Source: an uncultured bacterium (GTDB lineage Bacteria; Verrucomicrobiota; Verrucomicrobiia; Verrucomicrobiales; DEV007). From it: a stretch of DNA of 64,000 nucleotides. Position numbers and translations under genes: made by a program. This document shows positions 48,401-57,116 of the stretch, piece after piece; positions within the stretch are counted from its first letter, which is position 1; each line of letters opens with the position of its first letter. The notes under the pieces are model-generated. The model searched no databases. It was not told the DNA's origin and saw nothing but the letters and a program-made list of their open reading frames with translations. Location of the stretch: contig CAXBMO010000023.1 of the NCBI GenBank assembly GCA_963977015.1, forward strand, positions 1 through 64,000. Direction: 5' to 3'.

Positions 48401-48859
48401 CAAGTCGTTTCCAAACAACCCCATTCCGGGGATTCCCCGTCCTACGGGGAATTCGAGCTTGGCGACAGCGTTCGCTCGGAAAAGCGGTTCTTCGCCCTCA
48501 TCGAGCGTTACATCTGGCCGGGCAAAGACGGCGTTCCCGGCAATGCGCATCTTGCGTCCGACGGCACCTGGGATCGGATTTCCACGCCAACGACACCGGC
48601 TGGCAACAGTGATGGCGACCGGCTCTACAACCTGCCGGGTTCGCCGCCGCAGACGGCCCCGAGCGGAGGGCGCCGAGGCCTGAATCGCGAGGGCACCCAT
48701 CCGGAGTACGACGGTCCGGAGGAGGTCGGCATGGATCCCTACACTCAAAAGGCGCTCGGCACCGTGCCGTGGACGCATTCGGACCTGGCGGATGCCTACA
48801 ATCCGCCGCAACCGGTGATCAAATACCGGGTGATTTACTTCAAATATCTCGATTCATGA
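45482..48859 (+). CDS. Verru_Chthon cassette protein A (large GspK/PilX-like protein)
   Basis: G|VALLTTLVL with no Glu5; WVTNPG; NPIVGRYAFWMDDESGKLNFN; STAGQVNLN; LTTKSNTF; LIERY. Confidence 0.88.
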   Translation: MNVLNPEPIRSKPRGVALLTTLVLASMMAMIVIAFLVSMRLELGSAAAYEQTQSAKVLSQSALSHGIELLRTNIPEPARISEATSEADAELWVTNPGRLTIIQGNGEPRYVDLHTGAVTEDPGNGAERDLDSVDLNRPLAGEEFPPITVALDERGMPDPDAERPEMRVRWHNVLRDPSQAAAKENPIVGRYAFWMDDESGKLNFNVAGGKTALGEEDNEGFHEQLATGMMPPLFNLGSDRILYQQAGQRRAWALGRPRSVNLDVLADDPSELDVEGLLEQAWLNGFSRYPEAIMDFVQTSDPVEWYHLRKYNLTFYSRSPEFNVFGRSRFFTTKIPLSLEGGPNYQLPFVYGSNLERPEDGPLHLHALMSLGLAKDVEDEDKSDVELRAHNVVNQGQVEMLMGYMRRKWPGYSQSFVDKYGEKECYQMALSIVLWPRIALDESIHSNQNAYLQRTTSAVYAPPIEERPGAYPERHFWRFNVGGEEVLMLPQQPGPHITEVRLKFELEDAGTPETYRVKFKYESEYYMHPFGTQTQLNKFPMKVDYLKIEPEGESAWEVGTTDPDSTDLDRSWYQQNKNEPYSDSDWNTRLNRLAASGGTTWLGPSNTASNNRSNRRVVGSTARYVGKTDAVVPANASDAREFNLSGGELSLDFKIRLGMTTSSNPLRPRQMIPMGDTDRDEHVLDGTVELSEFEREKYVTFYIQDPRLSALKDAWVRLDDDEGTLGQANPGEPLEQSSEKSKFRFYSCGRGSIKSVISEDRNFPLHLGSYGNEFASNSPVSSIGFWSMLHTGIQSNAPWRTLNLGPTSTQISDNPPDAVLLDLFGSTYPMQNEQWEIDATLPDEFSTVSFMNSTAGQVNLNTRVYPQSPWFQAPERKKPLEAVFKHLRPDEDVDELVDNIIENQTDERFFRYVGELAEIDGYERSDAYPGYPGDDEEEEKSDEPTRFEKEELLRNMAGCLTTKSNTFSLWGVAQVVSKQPHSGDSPSYGEFELGDSVRSEKRFFALIERYIWPGKDGVPGNAHLASDGTWDRISTPTTPAGNSDGDRLYNLPGSPPQTAPSGGRRGLNREGTHPEYDGPEEVGMDPYTQKALGTVPWTHSDLADAYNPPQPVIKYRVIYFKYLDS

Positions 48860-49476
48860 AAACTACGGTCCTAACCATTCTAATTGGACTCTGTGCGGCC
48901 TTCCTGGCCCGGGAAGCAGTGGCTGCGGAGCGGGGATTACTCCCGCTTCAGCCCCAGCAACTGCTTGTCGCACTGCCCAAGACCCGGGAGGGATGGGTCC
49001 TTAAGAAATCCATCGCTTCAAATGACGCCGACGAGTGGCTGGTTTCCAAGGCCGAGCGGCTTTTTGAACTCCCGCCACGGAATCGGGGCGAGAAACCCGC
49101 CCTGGCCCGATTCAGTATCATCGACACCGCCAAACAGGGGGCCCTGCTTGAGAGGTTCGAGAACTTTGCGCCGGGTCAAGTCACGGAAGGGGTCGAGGCG
49201 TTAACCGTCGACGGTATGCCGGCGTTTCGCTCGGTCTACGGCTCCAGGGTCAAGCTTCAAGTGTTGGTCTACGAGCGATTTGTGCTTGGAGTGCTGCTGA
49301 AAAATCAGGAGCAGGACGCGCTGAAAGATTGGCTACGGCTCGTGGAAATTGGCCAGCTGCGCGGTCCCGCCTCGAATTCCAAATTTGTTCGCCGTCCCGA
49401 AGAAGTCACCATCGTGAAGATCGATGAACTCGACCCCGAAAAAGCCTACAGCTACAGCTTGTCCATGTCACGCTGA
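48856..49476 (+). CDS. Hypothetical exported protein, translationally coupled to cassette A
   Basis: ATGA overlap at 48856-48859; signal peptide MKTTVLTILIGLCAAFLAREAVA. Confidence 0.7.
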   Translation: MKTTVLTILIGLCAAFLAREAVAAERGLLPLQPQQLLVALPKTREGWVLKKSIASNDADEWLVSKAERLFELPPRNRGEKPALARFSIIDTAKQGALLERFENFAPGQVTEGVEALTVDGMPAFRSVYGSRVKLQVLVYERFVLGVLLKNQEQDALKDWLRLVEIGQLRGPASNSKFVRRPEEVTIVKIDELDPEKAYSYSLSMSR

Positions 49477-49525
49477 CACCGTTCAACGATGCCTGCTGAT
49501 TGAGGGGGAATGGAAGTCCAAAACT

Positions 49526-49608
49526 CCGCATCTCAAGATTACGCGAAGCCAATCTTCAAAAAATGAGGAACAACTTGCCCGTTCGTCATCATTTTCAAGC
49601 GCGCCCTA
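49526..49608. repeat. Intergenic repeat, copy 1 (MITE-like, left end degenerate)
   Basis: Aligns along about 80 bp with 62262-62343 (CCGCATCTCAA...GCGAAGCCAATCTTCAAA...GAGGAACAACTTGC...GTCATCATTTTCAA..CCTA). Confidence 0.8.
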
Positions 49609-49696
49609 GGAGTTGCACCTTGAGCCAGAGTTGCTAGTCTGGCAGGGCCTGAGCAGAGAAGGCGAACCAGCCTCTGCCAATTTGAGCGTATTGAAG

Positions 49697-50710
49697 ATGA
49701 GCAATTCCAAGCAATTTTTTGTGGGCCTCGATATCGGGGGAACGACGGTCAAGTCCATGTTGGTGGATGGTGACGGCGAGCAGGTGGGCCAGATGGTCGA
49801 GCTTCGCAGCCACGTCCAGGAAGGATACCGGAAGACGTTTGAGCAGCTCGAGCAATCGCTGAGTGTCCTGTCAGAACAGAATGGAATAGGTAGCGACAGC
49901 ATTGCCGCGGTTGGATTGGATGTTCCCGCTCCTTGTTCGAAGGGGGTGATTTGGGGGAAGGCGAACTTGTCGGAGGATTGGGTGGGAACGGACATCTGCG
50001 CAGAATTTGGGGAAGAAATCGGCAAGCCGGTCTTCATGACGAACGATGGAAATGCTGCGGCGTACGGGGAATGGCTTTACCGCAAGGAACGCACGGATGG
50101 CCTGGCATTTGTTGCTCCCGGGACGGGGCTGGGTGGTGGATTGGTGTTGCCAGGTGGAGCTCTTTACGAAGGCGCCAATGGTCTAGCCATGGAAGTCAGT
50201 GACTTAACCGTTCCGTTTGATGAGGATGGTCGCACTCCCACGGACGCGACCGGGCGGGAAGGTTGCCTCGAAGCCTGGGTGTCGCTTGTCGCGATCCGGA
50301 GACAATTGCAAATTCGTCTCAGCAAGGACGAGAGTCAGGATCACCCCTTGGCCAAGGAGGATTCCCCGATTGAAGAAAAGGCTCTCAAATTGCGTGATTA
50401 TGCCGAGAAAGGCGATTCGCTTGCCTTGGAGATTTTCCAGAAACAGGCCCATGTCCTCGGATACGGTCTGGCGGACCTGACCAGTATTTTGGACCCGGGT
50501 CTCATCGTCCTGGGCGGCGGGCTGGCCGAGACGGGATTTCGCGATTGGTATCTCGAAGCCGTGAAAGGCGGCTTCTATGATCGTGCGGCTCCCTTTTATA
50601 AGCGGAGCCCGATTCACCCTCACCCGGAGACAACCACATTCGAGTGGGCGATTGGAGGGGATGCCAGCGCAGCCTTTGGCGTGGCACGTAAAGCGATGGA
50701 CCTTTTGTGA
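49697..50710 (+). CDS. ROK family sugar kinase-like protein
   Basis: VGLDIGGTTVK, NDGNAAAYGE, GTGLGGG, GCLEA and IVLGGG motifs; start set at ATG 49697. Confidence 0.88.
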   Translation: MSNSKQFFVGLDIGGTTVKSMLVDGDGEQVGQMVELRSHVQEGYRKTFEQLEQSLSVLSEQNGIGSDSIAAVGLDVPAPCSKGVIWGKANLSEDWVGTDICAEFGEEIGKPVFMTNDGNAAAYGEWLYRKERTDGLAFVAPGTGLGGGLVLPGGALYEGANGLAMEVSDLTVPFDEDGRTPTDATGREGCLEAWVSLVAIRRQLQIRLSKDESQDHPLAKEDSPIEEKALKLRDYAEKGDSLALEIFQKQAHVLGYGLADLTSILDPGLIVLGGGLAETGFRDWYLEAVKGGFYDRAAPFYKRSPIHPHPETTTFEWAIGGDASAAFGVARKAMDLL

Positions 50711-50737
50711 GATTGGGCTTTCCCAGGAATCTTGCGT

Positions 50738-52180
50738 TCAGGCGATGAGATCCTTGATCACATGGCCGTGAACGTCTGTCAGGCGATAGTCTCTTCCCTG
50801 AAAACGGAAGGTGAGTTGTTCGTGGTCGAAACCCAGCAAGTGAAGAATCGTTGCCTGAAGATCGTGAACGTGCACCCCGTTCTCGGCGACTTGAAAGCCC
50901 AGTTCGTCGGATGCGCCATAGTCGAAACCTCCTTTAACGCCTCCTCCGGCCATCCACATGGTAAACACGTCCGGGTAGTGGTCTCGTCCAAGGATCTTGC
51001 TCTTCGCCGTTCTTCCTTCCCGAAACGGCGTGCGTCCAAATTCGCCGCCCCACACAATCAAGGTTTCTTCGAGAAGACCACGCTCGCGCAGATCATTGAT
51101 GAGCGCAGCGACGGGCTTGTCCATGGTGGCGCATTTGTTGGTCAGCCCCTTTTCGAGTCCGGTTGCTTCTCCGGTGCCATGATAGTCCCAGCCCCAATCG
51201 AAAAGTTGGACGAACCGGACGCCGTTCTCGACCAAACGCCTGGCGAGTAGGCAATTGTTGGCCAAGCTGGCTCCTCCTGGCGTTGCTCCGTAGTTTTCAA
51301 GGGTCGCCTTGGATTCCTTGGAAATATCCATGACTTCCGGGACAGCCGTCTGCATTCGAAATGCCAGTTCATATTGGGCAATCCGGGTCAGCGTTTCAGG
51401 ATGGCCCATTTTCTCGGCTTGAAGCTGATTCAAGTCAGACAGGGCCTCGAGACTCAGTTTGCGCATGTCCCGGTCCATCCCGGGCGGGTTGCTGGAATAC
51501 AGCACCGGTTCTCCCTTGGATCGGCATTGAACCCCCTGATAGACACTCGGCAGAAAGCCTGAGCCGAACGAATTCTTGCCGCCGTTCGGTTGGACGCCGC
51601 TGGAGATCAAAACGACATACCCGGGGAGGTTTTCATTCTCGCTTCCCAATCCGTAGGTTACCCACGAACCCATTGATGGCCTGCCGGAACGAGGTGAGCC
51701 GGTGTAGATCAGAAGTTCAGCCGGCGCATGGTTGAATTGGTCGGTATGCATGGAGTGGATCATGCACAGTTCGTCGGCAACCGGGTGCAGGTTGGGAATT
51801 GCGTCTGACATCCACGTTCCGTTCCTGCCAACCTGGGACCATTTCCGCGGCGAACCCATCAACTTCGGAACACCCGTGGTGAAGGCGAATTCCTTTCCGG
51901 CGAGGAAGGCATCAGGGCAGTCTTGATCCGTTCGTTTCGCGAGTTCCGGTTTCCGGTCGAACAGGTCCAGGTTGGGCGGCGATCCTGTCATATGGAGGTA
52001 AATGACGCGCTTGGCCTTCGCGGGGAATACCGGTTTGCGGGGAGCGAGCGGGTTGACCACTCCAGCGGAAGCTTCGCTCGCCAGCATCGCATTCAGTGCG
52101 ATCCCGCCAAGACCGGCGGTCGATTGACGGAGGAAATGCCTCCGGGTTTGCAGTTGGATGTTTTCCAGTCGTGGGTCCAT
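50738..52180 (-). CDS. DUF1501 family protein (sulfatase-like fold, Tat-like RR leader)
   Basis: TRRHFL, PAKAKRVIYL, CLLARRLVENGVRFVQL, WGGEFGRTP, GRDH and RLTDVHG motifs; start set at ATG 52180. Confidence 0.92.
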   Translation of the reverse strand: MDPRLENIQLQTRRHFLRQSTAGLGGIALNAMLASEASAGVVNPLAPRKPVFPAKAKRVIYLHMTGSPPNLDLFDRKPELAKRTDQDCPDAFLAGKEFAFTTGVPKLMGSPRKWSQVGRNGTWMSDAIPNLHPVADELCMIHSMHTDQFNHAPAELLIYTGSPRSGRPSMGSWVTYGLGSENENLPGYVVLISSGVQPNGGKNSFGSGFLPSVYQGVQCRSKGEPVLYSSNPPGMDRDMRKLSLEALSDLNQLQAEKMGHPETLTRIAQYELAFRMQTAVPEVMDISKESKATLENYGATPGGASLANNCLLARRLVENGVRFVQLFDWGWDYHGTGEATGLEKGLTNKCATMDKPVAALINDLRERGLLEETLIVWGGEFGRTPFREGRTAKSKILGRDHYPDVFTMWMAGGGVKGGFDYGASDELGFQVAENGVHVHDLQATILHLLGFDHEQLTFRFQGRDYRLTDVHGHVIKDLIA

Positions 52181-52191
52181 TTCAGCAGGGG

Positions 52192-55100
52192 TTATCGTTT
52201 CAGGAAGATTTCGTCCAGGTTCAGGATCACATTGGCGACTACTGTCCATGCCGCGAGGTCGGCGGGTGGATAGCCCTCGGGAAGCGGTCCGAGGGGATTG
52301 GTCGCCATCTCAAGAGCCATTTCCGGGGAGGAACGGAAGCGATCGCGTGAAGTGTTGAAGAGATCTGTTAGTCGTTGAATTTCGATCGCGGTTGGCTGGC
52401 GTAACAGGCATTTCGTCAGACCGTGTTCCACTCGGGTCTCTGTCGTGTCCGATCCCGCATAGATCTGGCGAGCGAGAGCTTGCGCAGCTTCGATGTAGAC
52501 CGGGTCGTTCATGGTCACGAGCGCCTGCAGTGGGGTGTTGGTGCGACCACGTCGGCTGGTGCAGACCTCCCGGTTTGGTGCATCGAATGCAGCCATGCTG
52601 GGGTAGGGGCTCGAACGCCGCCAGGTCGTGTAGATTCCGCGTCGATATCGGTCTTCACCCTGACTCGTTTTCCAATCCGTGGCCGAACCAAAGGCCGCTT
52701 TCAGACCCAGTTCAGGTTGTGGCGGTTTGACGGGAGGGCCGAACATCTTGTCGCTCAAGAGGCCGCTGAGGAAGAGTGATTGGTCACGCACCATTTCGGC
52801 GGAAATCCGAAAGCGAGGCCCGCGTGCATAGAGAATGTTGAACGGATCAGAATTCTCCAGTTCTGGGGTAACCACCGAGCTTTGCTGATAGGTTAAAGAC
52901 AGCACCATCAATTTGAGGAGATGCTTCAAGTCCCAGCTCTCTCCAAATTGGATTGCCAGCCAGTCGAGGAGCTCGGGGTGGGAGGGAAGTTCGCCTTGGG
53001 AACCAAATTCTTCGTTGGTGGCGACGATTCCCTGCCCAAAAATCTGAGCCCAAAACCGATTTACCATCACCCGGCTGGTCAGCGGATTCTCGGGATCAAC
53101 CAGCCAATGCGCGAGCGCGAGCCGGTTGCGCGGAAGGTCCTCCCGCAAGGGGTGAAAGACCGCTGGCGTTGCCGCGGAAAGTTGATGAGCAGTATTTTTG
53201 TAATTTCCGCGAATCTGCAACTTGGTCACTCTCGGTGTGCCACTCAGGTCGCGCATGACCGGAACCGTGGTGTTCGGCTTCAGGGAAGCCAGTTGTTGGG
53301 TCAACTTGGCGAGTTCCTGGCGCTCCGGGTGAAGTGAGGTAGCAATACTTCGATGGAAGACTCGGATCGATTCCAATTGGGCTTCCGAGGGGGCGGTCGC
53401 CTTGATGGCTTCGCGAACCGCTGTGGGAATCTGGGCCCATTGGGTGATGTCCGGGTCATTTGTGATCGAAAATCGAAAGTTGGTGAGGACGTGTTGGCCT
53501 TTCGAATACCGTTGGTTCAATCTCAGCGTGAGCGTTCCCTCCTCCAGGTTCATTGGCTTCCCGAGAATCAGTTTCAGGCGATGATCCTTTCCGGTTTGAC
53601 CGCCTATCGCCCATCCCTTTTTGGGATCAAGTTTGGGTGAAATAACGCTCTGAGCTGGGAATCCTGTTTGGGAGAAATCGGCATGAGCCGACCGAAACTT
53701 CAGGGGCCGTGAACCGGAGAACGAGTAGGTGGAACTTGGGTTGGGTATCTCTGGAGAATCCTCCCAAACTGCGTTTCGAGACGCATCCAAAACTTGAATG
53801 CGGAATCCTTTGAGGCGCTCCGGTAGCCCCTTTCCGGTTCGATTCCAGAGAAGCAGCCGGTCGATCGGCATGGGCTTGCCAAGATCAAGCTCGAACCACG
53901 GGTCGCTTTCTGCCGCAGTATGTGAGACCGACTTCTTGGCGTAATCGCCATCGGTATTTCCATCGATGGCCAGTTGAGCCGGGCCATCATAGTCGGTTGA
54001 GCTTTGCGTGGCCGTTCCGGTTGGAGCCACATTCTTCCCTCCGCTGAATACCTGGAGCTCCGCGAGATGAATCATCTTGGATTTCCCCGGAAGCTCGATT
54101 CGGACATATTGGCCGACCGTTGGAGTGGGCACTTTTGGGGTCCATTCCGCAGAAAGCTGGGAAAGGACGAAGTTCGCGGTTTGTTCGGGAGAAACCTCCA
54201 ACTCAAGTCCCGAGATCGTTTGTTGGGAAGTGGGGAAACTCAGAACGTGATCCGTGACCGTGGATTCCTTCTTGCCGAGCGAAAGCCATCCCGTGCCGTC
54301 AGAAGCTTGTTCGAGATTTGAACCTTCCAGCTTCGCGTTCGTGAGAGGTTTCCAAGCCGGTTCCTGGCGAAGGCCTGCCAGCCAGTTCTTCTTTTCCTCT
54401 TCCAGTACAGGAGTGTTGGTGTCTAGCACTTGTTTCAGTGTTGTGATTCGTTCTGTCCAACTGCGCTTTTGCTCCAATTGCTCATCACTCCAGATCTCCA
54501 AGAGCGGGCGTTCATCCCGTTGATCGGAATCCTCGCTCTGATTGAAGAAATCATACATCTGGAAATACTCGTCGTGGGTGATGGGATCGAACTTGTGAGT
54601 GTGGCATTGCGCACAGGCCATGGTGGTTCCCATCCAAACTTCCATGGTTGTATTGACACGATCGACAACGGCTACGGTGCGGAACTCTTCGTTGTTGGTT
54701 CCGCCTTCATTGTTGGTGAGGGTGTTGCGGTGGAAGGCTGTGGCGACAAGCTGGTCTTCGGTGGGTGACTCCAGTAGGTCGCCGGCAATCTGTTCGATTG
54801 TGAATCGATCAAACGGCATATCATCGTTCAGAGCCCGGATTACCCAATCACGATAAGCCCAGATGGTTCGTGGAGGGTCGTCGGCGTAGCCCGCAGAATC
54901 CGCGTATCGAGCGAGATCCAGCCAGACGCGAGCCCAACGTTCTCCAAACGCTGGCTTGGCCAGTTGGGCATCAACATAGCGTTCGTAGGCGTCGTCTCCC
55001 GTGTCTTGCACAAAAGCGGACGCTTCTTCCCAAGTCGGAGGGAGCCCGGTCAAATCCAGCGCGACTCTCCGGGCCAACGTCCAGCGATCAGCTTGTGCGG

Positions 55101-55602
55101 AAGGGGTGAGGCCTTCCTCTTCAAGACGTTGGTAAACGAAGGCGTCAATGGGGTTCGAGACTGGCCAGGAAGGTGGGACCGCGGGAATCTTGGGAAGAAT
55201 CGGTTTCTCGTAGGACCAGTGCTTGGCGTATTCTCCTCCTTGTTCGATCCAGCGTCGGATCAAAGCGATCTCGTCTGGATCGAGACGCCGCCCCTTTCCC
55301 TTGGGAGGCATCTTGTCGTCTTCGTCATCGGTGGTAATCCGGTAGAGCATTTCACTGGCCTCAGCGTCTCCCGGGACGATTGCCGCATAACCTCCCAGGT
55401 CGGCCCGGGAACCCTCAATGGTATCGAGACGAAGATCAGCAGCCCGTTCGTTTTCGTCCGGGCCATGGCACGCGATGCAGTTGCTGGAAATGAGCGGACG
55501 AATATCCCGGTTAAAGTCAATCTTCTCTTCAGCTGCCGTCAGCATTGCTGAGCCGGCGAGCATGACCAGCGGGAGAGCGAAAATGGTGGGGTATTTCATC
55601 AT
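52192..55602 (-). CDS. Planctomycete cytochrome c / DUF1549 / DUF1553 protein with inserted F-type lectin (F5/8C-like) domain
   Basis: IDFNRDIRPL-CIACHG; WLDLARYADS; CAQCHTHKFDP; NPLTSRVMVNRFW; TPLQAL; internal AIDGN...HT...WFELDLG...WNR. TTG 55620 is an alternative start. Confidence 0.92.
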   Translation of the reverse strand: MMKYPTIFALPLVMLAGSAMLTAAEEKIDFNRDIRPLISSNCIACHGPDENERAADLRLDTIEGSRADLGGYAAIVPGDAEASEMLYRITTDDEDDKMPPKGKGRRLDPDEIALIRRWIEQGGEYAKHWSYEKPILPKIPAVPPSWPVSNPIDAFVYQRLEEEGLTPSAQADRWTLARRVALDLTGLPPTWEEASAFVQDTGDDAYERYVDAQLAKPAFGERWARVWLDLARYADSAGYADDPPRTIWAYRDWVIRALNDDMPFDRFTIEQIAGDLLESPTEDQLVATAFHRNTLTNNEGGTNNEEFRTVAVVDRVNTTMEVWMGTTMACAQCHTHKFDPITHDEYFQMYDFFNQSEDSDQRDERPLLEIWSDEQLEQKRSWTERITTLKQVLDTNTPVLEEEKKNWLAGLRQEPAWKPLTNAKLEGSNLEQASDGTGWLSLGKKESTVTDHVLSFPTSQQTISGLELEVSPEQTANFVLSQLSAEWTPKVPTPTVGQYVRIELPGKSKMIHLAELQVFSGGKNVAPTGTATQSSTDYDGPAQLAIDGNTDGDYAKKSVSHTAAESDPWFELDLGKPMPIDRLLLWNRTGKGLPERLKGFRIQVLDASRNAVWEDSPEIPNPSSTYSFSGSRPLKFRSAHADFSQTGFPAQSVISPKLDPKKGWAIGGQTGKDHRLKLILGKPMNLEEGTLTLRLNQRYSKGQHVLTNFRFSITNDPDITQWAQIPTAVREAIKATAPSEAQLESIRVFHRSIATSLHPERQELAKLTQQLASLKPNTTVPVMRDLSGTPRVTKLQIRGNYKNTAHQLSAATPAVFHPLREDLPRNRLALAHWLVDPENPLTSRVMVNRFWAQIFGQGIVATNEEFGSQGELPSHPELLDWLAIQFGESWDLKHLLKLMVLSLTYQQSSVVTPELENSDPFNILYARGPRFRISAEMVRDQSLFLSGLLSDKMFGPPVKPPQPELGLKAAFGSATDWKTSQGEDRYRRGIYTTWRRSSPYPSMAAFDAPNREVCTSRRGRTNTPLQALVTMNDPVYIEAAQALARQIYAGSDTTETRVEHGLTKCLLRQPTAIEIQRLTDLFNTSRDRFRSSPEMALEMATNPLGPLPEGYPPADLAAWTVVANVILNLDEIFLKR

Positions 55603-55616
55603 TGGTCGAAATGGGT

Positions 55617-57092
55617 TCAAGCAAGGATTCCGTTTACGATGTGTCCGTGAACGTCCGTGAGGCGGAATCGCCTTCCTTGGAAGCGGTAGGTCAGTTGTTC
55701 GTGGTCGATGCCGAGTAGGTGGAGAATGGTGGCTTGAAAATCGTGCACATGAACCGGATTCTTGATGGCGTTCATTCCGAGATCGTCGGACGCACCGTAG
55801 GTGATTCCAGGCTTGATCCCTCCTCCCGCCATCCAGGAGGTGAACGCATAAGGATGGTGATCACGCCCCCATCGAGGGCGGTTGTTGATGTCGCCCTGGA
55901 TAAAGGGAGTTCTTCCAAACTCACCACCCCAAATGACGAGGGTATCGTCCAAAAGACCACGCATCTTGAGATCCTTGACCAAGGCGGCACTGGCTTGATC
56001 GGTATCACGGCACTGGTTGTAGAGCTCCGTGGTAAGACTGTTGTGCTGATCCCATCCCGCATGCATGCACTGGACAAAACGCACCCCGCGCTCGATCAGG
56101 CGTCGAGCCATCAGGCAGTTGTAGGCATAGGTTCCCTGCTCGGTGACTCCCGGCCCGTACAGGTCGAGAACATGTTGCGGCTCATCAGAAAGATCCGTGA
56201 GTTCCGGGACGCTGGTTTGCATCCGGTAGGCCATTTCATACTGCGCGATGCGAGTCTGGATCTCGGGATCTCCGCTCTGATCGAATTTCCTGGCGTTGAG
56301 TTCTGCCAAATCATCGAGCATTCCACGGCGCAGTTCGGGGCCCACCCCGGGGGGATTTTCCAAATACAGAACGGGATCACCGATGCCCCGAAACTTGACC
56401 CCCTGAAAACGGGAAGGGAGAAAGCCCGCCCCCCAATAGAAGTCATAGAAAATCTGACCACAACTCGTCCCCTTGCTGATTGAGGTCATTGCCACGAAAC
56501 CGGGCAGGTCTTCTCCCTCAACTCCGAGTCCATACGTTAACCAGGCCCCCATGGTTGGGCGACCGGGGATTTGTCCTCCGCTTAGCATGAAGGAAATCGC
56601 CGGCGCATGGTTCACGGCATCGGTATGCATACTCTTCACGAAGCAGAGGTCGTCGACGATGCTCGCGGTGTGAGGGAAGAGCTTGCTCACCCAGGCACCA
56701 CTTTCCCCATGTTGGGCAAACGGTTCGATGCTATCCAGCACCAGTTTGCTGGAGACGTTCTGGGTCATCGTACTGAACCGTTTTCCTTCCACATATCCGG
56801 CGGGGAGTTGCTTTCCGTGAAGCTTCTTGAGAAGCGGTTTGTGGTCGAAAGTATCGACATGCGTGGGCCCTCCGTTTTGGAAGAGATAGATGACGCGCTT
56901 TGCTTTGGCCTGATGATTGGGAAACGATGAGCGGGACTGAGCATAACCACTTTGGCCGAGCAAGGTGGCAAGTGCGGCGCTGCCGATGCCGGTTGATGCC
57001 TTGCCGAAAAAATGGCGCCGATTGATTCCCTTTTGGTGATCCGTTACCGGACCAGGATTGACCGAGTTGAGAATGGGAGAAAAACGAGGCAT
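55617..57092 (-). CDS. DUF1501 family protein
   Basis: NRRHFF, AKAKRVIYLFQNGGPTH, WGGEFGRTP, GRDHHP and RLTDVHG motifs. Confidence 0.92.
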   Translation of the reverse strand: MPRFSPILNSVNPGPVTDHQKGINRRHFFGKASTGIGSAALATLLGQSGYAQSRSSFPNHQAKAKRVIYLFQNGGPTHVDTFDHKPLLKKLHGKQLPAGYVEGKRFSTMTQNVSSKLVLDSIEPFAQHGESGAWVSKLFPHTASIVDDLCFVKSMHTDAVNHAPAISFMLSGGQIPGRPTMGAWLTYGLGVEGEDLPGFVAMTSISKGTSCGQIFYDFYWGAGFLPSRFQGVKFRGIGDPVLYLENPPGVGPELRRGMLDDLAELNARKFDQSGDPEIQTRIAQYEMAYRMQTSVPELTDLSDEPQHVLDLYGPGVTEQGTYAYNCLMARRLIERGVRFVQCMHAGWDQHNSLTTELYNQCRDTDQASAALVKDLKMRGLLDDTLVIWGGEFGRTPFIQGDINNRPRWGRDHHPYAFTSWMAGGGIKPGITYGASDDLGMNAIKNPVHVHDFQATILHLLGIDHEQLTYRFQGRRFRLTDVHGHIVNGILA

Positions 57093-57116
57093 TGAGACAA
57101 GGGGCGAAAGTGGTGG

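Noticed and set aside
45470-48811. 1113-aa antisense ORF over cassette A
   Set aside because: It lies entirely opposite a well-supported gene and has no recognisable motifs; long shadow ORFs are expected from GC-rich codon bias.
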